Of a DNA stretch of 59,515 bases, positions 27,797-37,757 are shown piece by piece. The DNA is taken from positions 1 through 59,515 of the forward strand of contig CAMNGU010000001.1 of the NCBI GenBank assembly GCA_946538525.1, in the 5' to 3' direction. The notes below the pieces were generated by a model that saw only the letters and a program-made list of their open reading frames with translations, ran no database searches and was not told the origin of the DNA. A program made the translations under genes and the position numbers. Numbering within the stretch: the first letter of the stretch is position 1; every line of letters starts with the position of its first letter. Source of the stretch: an uncultured Lachnospiraceae bacterium. Lineage in GTDB: Bacteria > Bacillota > Clostridia > Lachnospirales > Lachnospiraceae.

Positions 27797-28741
27797 ATGT
27801 CAAGAGAAGTAGTAGTAATGAAAAATGTGAGCAAAGAATTTAAGGTTTTGAATCGTCATGAGGGACTTAAGGGTAGCTTTCAGGATCTTTTTTCTAGAGA
27901 TTATAAGATAGTTAAGGCAGTAGATGATGTAAGTCTCACAGTAGAAAAGGGAGAGATTATTGGTTATCTTGGCCCTAATGGAGCAGGTAAATCTACTACT
28001 ATCAAGATGATGACTGGAGTTCTTGAACCTTCGAAGGGTACCATAGAGGTAAATGGACTTGTTCCATATAAAGATAGAACTCGTAATTCTGAGAATATAG
28101 GAGTGGTTTTTGGACAGCGAAGTCAGCTTTGGTGGAATTTGCCACTTATAGAATCCTTTAAACTTCTTAAAGATATCTATATGGTTCCAGATAAAGATTA
28201 TAAAGATATGCTGGAGCTTTATAGCTCGCTGGTTGATATTGAGCCTATACTTCATAAACCTGTTAGACAGATGTCTCTCGGACAGAGAACGCTTAGTGAT
28301 ATACTTGCAGCATTTCTCCATAATCCTGGAATTGTTTTCCTGGATGAGCCGACTATAGGTCTGGATGTTTCTATGAAGGCAAAGATAAGAGAACTGATTC
28401 GGGGGCTTAACGAGGTTAAGGAGACTACGGTCATTCTGACAACCCACGACATGGGTGATGTGGATGCACTCTGTAGAAGGATAATCATCATAGATGAAGG
28501 TAAGAAAATCTATGACAATGATATAGAACACTTAAAAACTTATTTTGGTTCCTATAGAACCCTTCGTATGCGTCTGGAAAATGGTTCCTGGGACGAACAG
28601 GTTATCGATGAGAAGAAGACAGATGTTATGCATGTGATTCAGGAAACTCAGAAGAAGCATAAGATTAAGGATATTCAGCTTGAGGAAATCTCAACGGAAG
28701 AGGTTATTAGAAAAATATATGAAGGGAGCAAAGCATCATGA
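27797..28741 (+). CDS. ABC transporter ATP-binding protein
   Basis: GPNGAGKS, VVFGQRSQLWW, MSLGQR, LDEPTIGLD; AGGAGG SD. Confidence 0.93.
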   Translation: MSREVVVMKNVSKEFKVLNRHEGLKGSFQDLFSRDYKIVKAVDDVSLTVEKGEIIGYLGPNGAGKSTTIKMMTGVLEPSKGTIEVNGLVPYKDRTRNSENIGVVFGQRSQLWWNLPLIESFKLLKDIYMVPDKDYKDMLELYSSLVDIEPILHKPVRQMSLGQRTLSDILAAFLHNPGIVFLDEPTIGLDVSMKAKIRELIRGLNEVKETTVILTTHDMGDVDALCRRIIIIDEGKKIYDNDIEHLKTYFGSYRTLRMRLENGSWDEQVIDEKKTDVMHVIQETQKKHKIKDIQLEEISTEEVIRKIYEGSKAS

Positions 28742-29550
28742 AAGGCGTTAGAAGAGTAACAGCACTTACAAGAGCGGGAATAATCGAGTCACTTCAGTTC
28801 AGACTTGGTACTGCAGTAACGCTTTTTGGTAATCTTATATATCTTGCTCTTGTATATTTCCTTTGGAAAGCAATATATGATTCTGGTGGAACAGATGTGG
28901 TGAATGGAATGACATTTTACGACACCATGATCTATCTGATCCTGGCAACTTCAATCTTTAATTTCCTGGAAATGTTTATTGTTTGGGATATGAGTCGAGC
29001 AATACAGTCAGGTGAGATCATCATGCATCTGCTGAAACCGATGAAATATAGAATGTACACATTCTGGAGTTATTCAGGTTCGCATGTGATATTATTTATC
29101 CTTACATTTATTCCAACTTTCCTGGTGGTTATGTGGGTGACTAAGGGAGCGGTTCCAATTGGTTGGAATTGTCTGGCGTTTATAGTATCGCTTGTGTTGG
29201 CACTTATTATCAACTTTAATATAGAGATGCTGGTGGCACCAATTTGTCTTTACACAGAATCAACATGGGGAATAAATATTGTAAAAGAAACTATAGTTCT
29301 TCTTCTGTCAGGAGCAACTATCCCTCTTGCTTTTTTTCCGGAAGGTTTTAGAAAAGTGGTAGAATATCTGCCATTTAGAGCAGTGTATGATATTCCATTA
29401 TCCATATTGCTTAAGAAAAATGGTTCTGATAGCATAGAGGGACTTCTTCCTTTACTTGGAATCCAGTTGGCGTGGTGCATCGTACTTACCATAGCTGGAA
29501 ATCTTTTTTGGAATCATGCTGTTAAGAGGATAACAGTGAATGGTGGTTAA
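28738..29550 (+). CDS. ABC-2 family (DUF990-type) permease
   Basis: Six TM segments, I.SG.I...LLKP, LSG..IPL.FFP, terminal NGG; ATGA overlap. Confidence 0.88.
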   Translation: MKGVRRVTALTRAGIIESLQFRLGTAVTLFGNLIYLALVYFLWKAIYDSGGTDVVNGMTFYDTMIYLILATSIFNFLEMFIVWDMSRAIQSGEIIMHLLKPMKYRMYTFWSYSGSHVILFILTFIPTFLVVMWVTKGAVPIGWNCLAFIVSLVLALIINFNIEMLVAPICLYTESTWGINIVKETIVLLLSGATIPLAFFPEGFRKVVEYLPFRAVYDIPLSILLKKNGSDSIEGLLPLLGIQLAWCIVLTIAGNLFWNHAVKRITVNGG

Positions 29551-29602
29551 AAAATAATTAGTGATTTATTAGTATTTACTGGTTTCTTAGGAGAAATGAA
29601 TT

Positions 29603-30418
29603 ATGCAACAAGTTGTAAAGAAGAGAGGCTTTCTATTCTATCTCTCAATATATAGAAAAATTCTCATTCAGGATTTAAAAAGTAAAATGAGTTACAGGGC
29701 TGATTTCATCATTTCAACCTTTGGAATGATCATGACGAATTTGTCTGGATTTGTAACTTTTATGATCTTATTTCATAACTTTCCAAGTATAAATGGCTGG
29801 GACTATTATCATATGCTTTTTCTATATGGGTTCTCGCTTATAGCACTTACACCTGTACAGTGTTTCTTTGATAACAACTGGAATCTAAGATTTATGGTTC
29901 GATCAGGGGACTTTATCAAGTACTGCTTCAGACCAATAAATGTATTTTTCTATTTTATTTCTGAGGTATTTGATGTTAAGGGGTTAGGACAGTTCGCATT
30001 TGGATTAGGAACATTTATCTATGCCTGGTATCATATTGGTATCCCGGTAACTCCGGTGACCCTTGCTCAGGCTATACTTTTCCTGATGACAGCATCGCTC
30101 TTTATGATTGCAATCATGAATGCAGCAGCAGCTACATGTTTCTGGATCATTAATTCTGGTTATGTAATGGTTATAATGTTCCGGTTTAAGGATTTCGCAA
30201 AGTATCCTGCCAGCATATTTAATGGAGTGTTTAAGTTTATTTTTACATTTATCATTCCTATTGCATTTGTGGCATACTATCCTAGTCTTGTATTTGTAAC
30301 ACCAGACAGCGTTCCTGTTCTTTCATGGTTGTCTCCAGTAATTGGAGTAGTATTCTTCTACCTTAGCTATAAGTTTTGGATGCTGGGAGTGAGAAAGTAT
30401 GACTTTACTGGTTCGTAA
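29603..30418 (+). CDS. ABC-2 family (DUF990-type) permease
   Basis: YRADF, G.F.....RP, YP..IF, IP.AF..YYP, terminal Y..TGS. Confidence 0.88.
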   Translation: MQQVVKKRGFLFYLSIYRKILIQDLKSKMSYRADFIISTFGMIMTNLSGFVTFMILFHNFPSINGWDYYHMLFLYGFSLIALTPVQCFFDNNWNLRFMVRSGDFIKYCFRPINVFFYFISEVFDVKGLGQFAFGLGTFIYAWYHIGIPVTPVTLAQAILFLMTASLFMIAIMNAAAATCFWIINSGYVMVIMFRFKDFAKYPASIFNGVFKFIFTFIIPIAFVAYYPSLVFVTPDSVPVLSWLSPVIGVVFFYLSYKFWMLGVRKYDFTGS

Positions 30419-30499
30419 ATTTTAGATGTATAAAATGGGTTCACTGCCATATGATGTCAAAAGGATATTTTGACACCTAGAATAGAATAAAGTATCATT

Positions 30500-30550
30500 A
30501 ATCAGGAAGTGTTTTACTAATGTATTTTTACTAAAACACTTTCTGATTTT
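30500..30550 (+). terminator. Probable terminator hairpin
   Basis: AATCAGGAAGTGTTTTA...TAAAACACTTTCTGATTTT. Confidence 0.6.
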
Positions 30551-30613
30551 GTCATTTTGAGTTTTGGCTATGCTATAAATTTAAAGAAAAAAACAGTAAA
30601 AAAGGGACTAAAA

Positions 30614-31918
30614 ATGTTACTAATATACTATATGTTAATCATAAATATCCTGGCTTTTATTCTGTATGGAGTTGATAAGAAGAAAGCAGAAAAGGAGAAG
30701 TTCAGGATACAAGAATCAAGATTGATTCTTGTGGCTGTCCTTGGTGGTGCCTACGGCGCTATACTTGGAATGCTTATCTTTCGTCATAAGATCAGAAAAA
30801 ATAAATTTCGTATAACTGTACCTGTTTTAGTGGTTCTATATACTGCTCTTATGGGGTACTTTCTGTATAACAATTATCATCTGGTGACAACTGAATATGA
30901 ATATAGTAGCTTTGAAGTTCCAGCTGAATTAGATGGATATACTATAGTACAGATTTCTGATCTGCATAACCAGACTTTTGGTTTAGACGAATCATATCTT
31001 CTGGACAAGATTAAGGAGGCAGATCCTGATATTATTGTGGTTACTGGAGATGCGGTAGATATTACACATACAAATTATAAGCCAACTGAAATCTTCTTTG
31101 AAGGAGCGGTTAAGATAGCACCTGTTTATTATATTACAGGTAATCATGAGGTATGGCTCTCCAATAGAAATAAAGCAAAATATGAAGAATATATAAAAAC
31201 CATAGAAGGATATGGAGTAAATTATATAGATGATACTACGGTAGATATGGATGGCTATACTCTTGCAGGTGTATCAGATGAAAAGCTTGGTAGCACGATA
31301 GAACTCCATTTGGATAATGCAGATTCAGAAGTGCAGTTGAATGTTACTAATACTTCAGGTGATGCTTCGAGTAATACTTTAGATAATACTGCAAATAAAA
31401 GTACTGTAAATGTGTCAGATGACAGACTTGTGGTGATGTTAGCGCACGAGCCGGATTACCTTAGATATTATGAAGAAGCAGGAGCAGATCTGGTATTGGT
31501 GGGACATAATCATGGAGGACAGATTGTTATTCCTGGAAAAGGTGGTTTAGTTTCTGCAGATATTGATTTCTTTCCTGAACTTTGTGAAGGAGAACATACT
31601 TCTGGGGATACTACTATGATCATCAGTAGAGGGCTTGGAAATAGTCTCTTCCCATGCAGAATTAATAACTATCCTGAGATAGTTAAGGTTGTGCTTAGAC
31701 GAGAAGAGCATAAGCTTATGCATCTATATATGCCGGAAGTAGTTGGACTGGATGTGGATAGTGCTAAGAAAAAACTTAAGGACTTAGGTTTCTTTAATAT
31801 TGTTTTAGAATATGAAGAAGATGAATATGCTGAAACAGGAAGAGTTATAAGACAGAGTATACCGCCAGATACAACAGTTAGTACAGAGTTTGAGATAGTT
31901 CTAACTATATCTGACTGA
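30614..31918 (+). CDS. DUF1294 + calcineurin-like metallophosphoesterase (YkuE-type) + PASTA fusion
   Basis: YGVDK.KA....RI.E..L.....GG..G......FRHK (DUF1294); DLH, GD, GNHE, AH.P, GHNHGG; MPEVVG......A...L...GF...G.VI.QS..P (PASTA). Confidence 0.8.
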   Translation: MLLIYYMLIINILAFILYGVDKKKAEKEKFRIQESRLILVAVLGGAYGAILGMLIFRHKIRKNKFRITVPVLVVLYTALMGYFLYNNYHLVTTEYEYSSFEVPAELDGYTIVQISDLHNQTFGLDESYLLDKIKEADPDIIVVTGDAVDITHTNYKPTEIFFEGAVKIAPVYYITGNHEVWLSNRNKAKYEEYIKTIEGYGVNYIDDTTVDMDGYTLAGVSDEKLGSTIELHLDNADSEVQLNVTNTSGDASSNTLDNTANKSTVNVSDDRLVVMLAHEPDYLRYYEEAGADLVLVGHNHGGQIVIPGKGGLVSADIDFFPELCEGEHTSGDTTMIISRGLGNSLFPCRINNYPEIVKVVLRREEHKLMHLYMPEVVGLDVDSAKKKLKDLGFFNIVLEYEEDEYAETGRVIRQSIPPDTTVSTEFEIVLTISD

Positions 31919-32102
31919 TATACTTATACTTCGACAAAATATCTAAGTATTTTAATTTGAATTAATTTGAAGGTGTAACCTATATATAAAATATGGTATA
32001 TTATAAACATAGTTAGTTTATTTTAATTTAATTGGTTAAAGGGTTTTTATACAGGGATAATGAGAATTATTAAGTAAAGTTTTTTTAAGGACATTTCCAT
32101 CT

Positions 32103-34031
32103 ATGAAAACAGATAAAAAGATAATTGCATTATGTACTTCTCGTATATACGACTCACAAGTCTGCGGATTTATAGAAAAGTTAAATGAGTATCTAAAAAG
32201 GGAAAACTTCGCGATACTCATTTTTACTATTAATTCCGATCTTTACTGGGATGATAGTAAAATTTCTTCAGAGACTGCCGTTTTTGATATTATTCCATAT
32301 AAATTTATAGATGCGGTTGTAATTATGGATGAGAAGATAAAGAGTCATTCCATTACTAATAAGATAATAAGTGCAGCTAAGATATATGAAAAACCTGTTG
32401 TAATTGTTGATGGTAATTACGAAGGGGTCTATAATGTGGGATTTAATTATGGTGTAGGTTTTGAGGAAGTGGTTCGTCATGTCATGAGCCAAAGAGAGAT
32501 TAAAAAACCTCACATAATGGCAGGAATTCCAGATAATCCATTTTCAGAAGAAAGAATAGAAATTTTTAAAAAGGTTATAGCGGAGTATGGTTTCACATTT
32601 GAAGAAAGTATGCTCAGCTATGGTCAGTTTTGGGCTGGCCCTGCAAGGGAAGAGACAGAGAAACTAATCCAATCTGGAAATATACCTGATGCAATAATAT
32701 GTGCAAATGATATTATGGCCATCAATGTTTGTGATGTCATTCAGAAGAACGGTTATTCTGTACCGGAGGATATTCTTATATCGGGGTTTGATGGATATGA
32801 CGAAGTATTTTTAACTACTCCAAAGGTTACAACAGTGAGATGTACCACTCCAGATCTTGCAGAGACAACAGCAGATATTTTAAAAAAGGTTATTTATACT
32901 GATTCAAATAATAATCTTGATACTGAAGAACTAAGTGAATACATTTCAGTTGTTCCAACACTTATAACCAATGAGTCTACGGGGTGCGCTGCACAGTCGG
33001 GTTATGATCATTTCATGCTGAATCGTTTCAACAATATGTTCTATAGACATAATGATGCCATTCGGGTAATGCATGAGGTTTCAACAAATATGCAGATGAG
33101 CGCTCATATAGAAGATATGGTTGAATGTCTTAGTGATCTTATAGTAAATGATCAAAATGTAATGGAAGATGTATCATTTGTTCTTGATAAAAAAATACTT
33201 GATATTGATAATTACTTTTTTGATAGCGTTGGAAATGAGCGAAAGATGGAAGATTACAGTATTGAATATGATTCAACTGTATCGCCCTATCTAGTTGAGA
33301 GACAGGTTGATGAAACGCTTTTGAGACTGGAAAATGAAGATTTTAGCAGGAAAATAATGACTGGATATCCACTTATTTTCAATACTCTTGATTATATGAA
33401 TACCCCTTTAGGTTTTATATGCTATAACTATCAGGATTATGACATTACCAAGTATTCCCGTACGGCAAATGTAACTAATACCATAAGTATGGGGGTTGGT
33501 GGTTTCATAAATATGAGATATCAGAACAGCCTAACTAAGAAGGTAAGTGATATGTTTAAGACAGATGCTCTTACCGGATTATATAATAGATTGGGATTCA
33601 GCAATGCTTTTGAGGAGATTAAAGATAATCAGAGATTGTGGGGCAAGGATATAACTGTTGTTATGTCAGACCTTGATGGTTTGAAATATATAAATGATAA
33701 CTTTGGACATGCAGAGGGGGATAATGCTATAAAGACGGCTGCAGAAGCACTTAAAAAAGCTTGTCCGGAAAATGCAATCTGCGTAAGATTTGGCGGAGAT
33801 GAACTCTTCTCTGTAATTATAGGTGAGTGCAGTATAGAGGCAATTATTCTAGGGATAGAGAGATTTCTGGAAGCCTATAATAGGGGCTCTGATAAAGAGT
33901 ATTCGGTTATCGTAAGCGTGGGAGGAAATACATTTATTTTGGATGAAAACTTTGATATGAAGTATGCGCTTCGAAAGGCTGATGAAGAAATGTACAACAT
34001 GAAGAGAGAACATAGAATGAATTCGATATAA
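32103..34031 (+). CDS. LacI-type sugar-binding domain + GGDEF protein (GGDEL variant)
   Basis: PDAIICAND.MA and VPEDI.ISGFD (LacI/PBP fold); D.LTGLYNR, DLDGLK.IND.FGH..GD, RFGGDEL. Confidence 0.88.
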   Translation: MKTDKKIIALCTSRIYDSQVCGFIEKLNEYLKRENFAILIFTINSDLYWDDSKISSETAVFDIIPYKFIDAVVIMDEKIKSHSITNKIISAAKIYEKPVVIVDGNYEGVYNVGFNYGVGFEEVVRHVMSQREIKKPHIMAGIPDNPFSEERIEIFKKVIAEYGFTFEESMLSYGQFWAGPAREETEKLIQSGNIPDAIICANDIMAINVCDVIQKNGYSVPEDILISGFDGYDEVFLTTPKVTTVRCTTPDLAETTADILKKVIYTDSNNNLDTEELSEYISVVPTLITNESTGCAAQSGYDHFMLNRFNNMFYRHNDAIRVMHEVSTNMQMSAHIEDMVECLSDLIVNDQNVMEDVSFVLDKKILDIDNYFFDSVGNERKMEDYSIEYDSTVSPYLVERQVDETLLRLENEDFSRKIMTGYPLIFNTLDYMNTPLGFICYNYQDYDITKYSRTANVTNTISMGVGGFINMRYQNSLTKKVSDMFKTDALTGLYNRLGFSNAFEEIKDNQRLWGKDITVVMSDLDGLKYINDNFGHAEGDNAIKTAAEALKKACPENAICVRFGGDELFSVIIGECSIEAIILGIERFLEAYNRGSDKEYSVIVSVGGNTFILDENFDMKYALRKADEEMYNMKREHRMNSI

Positions 34032-34164
34032 AATTGAATATTAAGGATTCTATGTGGCCTAAAGAAGGAAGAAGCACAGAATATAAAACCCTATGAAAAT
34101 ATATAAAAGAAGCTGCTGAATTAGGTTCAATAACTGGAAATATGTCTGCAGCAAAAAAAAGTAG

Positions 34165-34193
34165 TTGTTTTTTTATAAATGGCTTGTTATACT
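34165..34193 (+). promoter_or_regulatory. Extended -10 sigma-A promoter of the ABC-F leader
   Basis: TTGTTT-17 bp-TATACT with TG at 34185-86. Confidence 0.55.
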
Positions 34194-34225
34194 GAACAAA
34201 GATTTTGAAAATAAGGAGGAGACCG

Positions 34226-34249
34226 ATGAAAAATATTTCTTGCAGATAG
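34226..34249 (+). CDS. Leader peptide uORF MKNISCR
   Basis: Strong AAGGAGGAG SD immediately upstream; lies in the 5' leader of the ABC-F gene. Confidence 0.7.
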   Translation: MKNISCR

Positions 34250-34517
34250 TTTTATAGAAGCAGTTCAGTGATGTGTTTTTTAATAAAAGACTGTAAAAAA
34301 AACAGTAAAAAAAGCTGAAAAAGACCATAGAAAAAGCTGTTGTGTAAAAACAGTAATAAAAAACGGTCGAAGAACGAACTGCTGTTGCAAGAGATAATTC
34401 ATAGTGGTTTCCTTAATATATCCGTTATTTGAGTTTAAAGAACCTGGTACTTGTTAACGCTTGAACTGGGCAGGTATTAAAAGGATTTAGATAATAAAGA
34501 TATCAGCGAAACTTAGA

Positions 34518-34550
34518 GCACTGCAGGATTATGTCTTGCAGTGTTTTTTT
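34518..34550 (+). terminator. Attenuator (premature terminator) upstream of the ABC-F gene
   Basis: GCACTGCAGGA-TTATG-TCTTGCAGTGT followed by a T-run, about 35 nt before the ATG. Confidence 0.85.
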
Positions 34551-34583
34551 GTGCGAATAATCTATATGAAAGGGGCTGATATT

Positions 34584-36254
34584 ATGTCATTATTACAGGT
34601 TTCTAATCTTACCTTCGGTTATGAAGGTAGTTTTGATAATATATTTGAAGAGGTTTCATTTTCAGTTGATACTAACTGGAAATTGGGATTTATTGGGAGA
34701 AATGGAAAGGGTAAGTCCACCTTCCTGAATTTGCTGAGAGGGAAATATGAGTATCGGGGAAGCATTTCCACAGATAAGCATTTTGATTATTTTCCATATG
34801 AGATTACCGTGTCAGATATGGATAAAACTGTGGATGAGTTATGTGAGAAGTGGAAATCCGGAGTGGAGAGCTGGAGAGTTATATGCGAGCTGAATTCTAT
34901 GTACACAGATGTTGAGATCTTATATAGACCTGTTAGTACTCTCAGTAATGGAGAAAGGACCAAGGCTATGTTGGCCGTACTCTTCTCAGGTGAAAATGAG
35001 TTTCTTCTCATCGATGAACCTACTAATCATCTGGACATAAATGGCCGGGAGATAATTAAAAAATACTTGAGAGATAAGAATGGATTTATACTTGTTTCCC
35101 ATGACCGTGATCTATTGGATGCTGTGGTGGATCATATACTGGTGCTTAATAAAGAATCTATAGATGTGGTTTCCGGAAATTTTAGTTCCTGGTGGGAGAA
35201 TAAGCAGAAAGCTGATGCATTTGCCATGGCAGAAAATGAGAAACATATGAAGGAGATTGGAAAGCTCAGAATTTCTGCAGATAGAGCTAAGAGATGGGCT
35301 GATAAGAACGAGAGTACAAAGATAGGTTTTGATCCTATAAAGGAACCAGACAGATGCGCAGGTACTAGAGCTTATATTGGTGCTAAGACAAAAAAAATGC
35401 AGTCTCGGGTGAAGAATTTTGAAAAGAGAATAGATAGGGAGATTGAAGAGAAGGAAGGACTTCTGAATGATATTGAAAATGTGGATGATCTAAAACTCTT
35501 TTCGTTAAAGCATCATAAGATGTGTCTTGTTGAATGCCGGGATTTTGAGTTAGGATATAAAGGTGCACAGGATAAAGATAGTGTTCATTCCATTATAGAT
35601 GGTATAACCTTCCAGTTGATGCAGGGAGATATTCTTTTCCTAAATGGAGCTAATGGTTGTGGAAAGTCCAGTTTGATCAAGGCGATTCTTAAGGACATAT
35701 TCCGGAAGCGTGATCAGGGGCATACTCAAAATAGTATTCAGAATAATATTCAAAATGATATTCAGAATAATATTCAAAGAAATTCTGATACAAAAACTTT
35801 GGGAAGAATGCTAGGGACTGAATCATCGGATAATTTAGATGTACTATCAAATATGGTTACTTCTGGAAAGTTGGAAACAGCCAGTGGGCTTGTAGTATCA
35901 TATATTAATCAGGATACATCCCATCTTTTGGGGAGTCTTAAGGATTATGCAGAGAAGAATGGTCTGGATTACAGTCTTTTTCTAACACTTCTGCGAAAGC
36001 TGGATATGAACCGTATTCAGTTTGAAAAAAATATAGAGGATTATTCTGAAGGGCAGAAAAAGAAGGTGCTTATAGCATCAAGTTTATTAACTCCAGCTCA
36101 TTTATATATCTGGGATGAGCCGCTTAACTATATTGATGTGTTTTCGAGGATGCAGATTGAGAAGCTGATCGAAGCATATAAGCCAACTATGATATTGGTC
36201 GAGCATGATGTAAGATTTCGTGAGAAGTTGGCCACGAAGGTCATTGATTTATAA
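34584..36254 (+). CDS. ABC-F ribosomal protection protein, Lsa/CplR-like
   Basis: MSLLQV.NLTFGYEGS.DNIF...SF..DT.WKLGFIGRNG.GK start typical of Lsa/CplR; two ABC domains (LLIDEPTNHLD, YIWDEPLNYID); no TM; AAGGGG SD. Confidence 0.85.
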   Translation: MSLLQVSNLTFGYEGSFDNIFEEVSFSVDTNWKLGFIGRNGKGKSTFLNLLRGKYEYRGSISTDKHFDYFPYEITVSDMDKTVDELCEKWKSGVESWRVICELNSMYTDVEILYRPVSTLSNGERTKAMLAVLFSGENEFLLIDEPTNHLDINGREIIKKYLRDKNGFILVSHDRDLLDAVVDHILVLNKESIDVVSGNFSSWWENKQKADAFAMAENEKHMKEIGKLRISADRAKRWADKNESTKIGFDPIKEPDRCAGTRAYIGAKTKKMQSRVKNFEKRIDREIEEKEGLLNDIENVDDLKLFSLKHHKMCLVECRDFELGYKGAQDKDSVHSIIDGITFQLMQGDILFLNGANGCGKSSLIKAILKDIFRKRDQGHTQNSIQNNIQNDIQNNIQRNSDTKTLGRMLGTESSDNLDVLSNMVTSGKLETASGLVVSYINQDTSHLLGSLKDYAEKNGLDYSLFLTLLRKLDMNRIQFEKNIEDYSEGQKKKVLIASSLLTPAHLYIWDEPLNYIDVFSRMQIEKLIEAYKPTMILVEHDVRFREKLATKVIDL

Positions 36255-36276
36255 AATTAGTATATTAAGGATTTAC

Positions 36277-37743
36277 ATGAAGAAAATATATAAACAATTA
36301 TTTAAAATAGTACTGCCGATATCATTTCAGTTTGTAATGATGTCACTTGTTTCTGCGTCGGACGCATTTATGCTGGGATTTCTAGATCAGGACAGTCTGT
36401 CAGCGGTTTCGCTGGCAGGGCAGGTGATATTCGTTAACAGTTTATTTTTTGAAGCATTTAATTATGGTTGTTCGGTCCTTGCAGCACAGTATTGGGGCAA
36501 GGGGGATAAGAAAACAGTTGAAGAAGTACTAGCTATAACCATGAGGTATACACTGCTTGTGGGACTGATTTTTACTCTGGCAACTTTCTTTATTCCTCAA
36601 CAGATCATGCATATATTTACAGATGATAATGAGCTGATTATAAGAGGCGCAAGATATCTTAGAATGGCATCTCTTTCTTATATAATTTGTGGATTTGCAC
36701 AAATCTATTTTGGAATACTTAAGGTATGTGACAGAGCTGGGCTCAGTTCACTCATTGGTTCAGTTTCAGTAATTCTAAATATTGCATTAAATGCACTGCT
36801 TATATTCGGTTTTGGTCCATTTCCAAGAATGGGAATAGAGGGAGCGGCTCTTGCTACGGTTATTGCCAGAATATTTGAAGCTATATTCGTTATAGTACTT
36901 GTGGTTCTAAAGAAGAGTATACCTTTAAATGTTTCAAAAATGCTTATGTTGGATAGGCTGACTGTAAAAAAAGTGGAACATGAAACGGAAAAAGAAACGG
37001 AAAAAGAAACGGAAAAAGAGACGGGAAAAGAAACAGAAAAAGAATCAAAAGCAGAAAAATTGAAGAATAGTAAAGCTCTTCATAAGGATTACTGGAAATA
37101 TACAGTTCCGCTTCTATTTAATCAGCTGGGCTGGGGCGGCGGAGTTACTATGTATTCGGTAATCATGGGACGATTGGGAAGTGATGCTATTGCTGCCAAT
37201 TCTATAGCCAGTATAGTTCGTAGTATTGTTGCCAGCTTCTGTTGGGGAATATCATCCGGTGTATCGATTATTTTAGGACAGATGCTGGGGCGAAATGAGT
37301 TAGAGGACGCCAAAAAGGCTGGAGGAAGTTTTGTCAGGTTTTCGATTCTTATAGGTGCTATATCCGGCCTGATATTACTTGCTATAACACCAGCATTACT
37401 TGCATTTGTTAACCTAGAGGGGGCGGCTCATTTTTATCTTAAGATCATGATGTTCTATGCGTCATATTACATTATAGGTAATTCACTTAATTCCACAATA
37501 ATTGGAGGTATATTTCCTGCTGGAGGTGATACAAAGTTTGGTATGTGGTGTGATATAATAACCCTGTGGTGCGTGGTGGTTCCAATGGGAATGATTGGAG
37601 CATTTGTATTGAAACTTCCAGTGCTGGTGGTTGCATTTATCCTTACATTGGATGAATTCGTGAAGATTCCAGCAGTGTATCGCCACTATATGAAGTATAT
37701 TTGGGTGAAGAATATTACTCGAGATCTGGATAAAGATGAATAA
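36277..37743 (+). CDS. MATE family efflux transporter
   Basis: D..MLG.L, AQYWG, P.MGIEGAALAT, about 12 TMs; charged repeat in the central loop. Confidence 0.9.
   Translation: MKKIYKQLFKIVLPISFQFVMMSLVSASDAFMLGFLDQDSLSAVSLAGQVIFVNSLFFEAFNYGCSVLAAQYWGKGDKKTVEEVLAITMRYTLLVGLIFTLATFFIPQQIMHIFTDDNELIIRGARYLRMASLSYIICGFAQIYFGILKVCDRAGLSSLIGSVSVILNIALNALLIFGFGPFPRMGIEGAALATVIARIFEAIFVIVLVVLKKSIPLNVSKMLMLDRLTVKKVEHETEKETEKETEKETGKETEKESKAEKLKNSKALHKDYWKYTVPLLFNQLGWGGGVTMYSVIMGRLGSDAIAANSIASIVRSIVASFCWGISSGVSIILGQMLGRNELEDAKKAGGSFVRFSILIGAISGLILLAITPALLAFVNLEGAAHFYLKIMMFYASYYIIGNSLNSTIIGGIFPAGGDTKFGMWCDIITLWCVVVPMGMIGAFVLKLPVLVVAFILTLDEFVKIPAVYRHYMKYIWVKNITRDLDKDE
36982..37041 (+). repeat. In-frame 12-bp tandem repeat x5 (GAAACGGAAAAA, ETEK)
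   Basis: Three perfect and two variant copies. Confidence 0.93.
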
Positions 37744-37757
37744 ATCCAATTAAATAT

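Noticed and set aside
27800-28531. 243-aa antisense ORF (also 23382-23990, 54475-55038 and the many shorter shadow ORFs)
   Set aside because: They lie opposite or within well-supported genes, show antisense-type composition and have no recognisable motifs.
34200-34550. T-box or metabolite riboswitch upstream of the ABC-F
   Set aside because: No T-box (GGTGGNACCGCG) or aptamer consensus; the uORF attenuator explains the structure.
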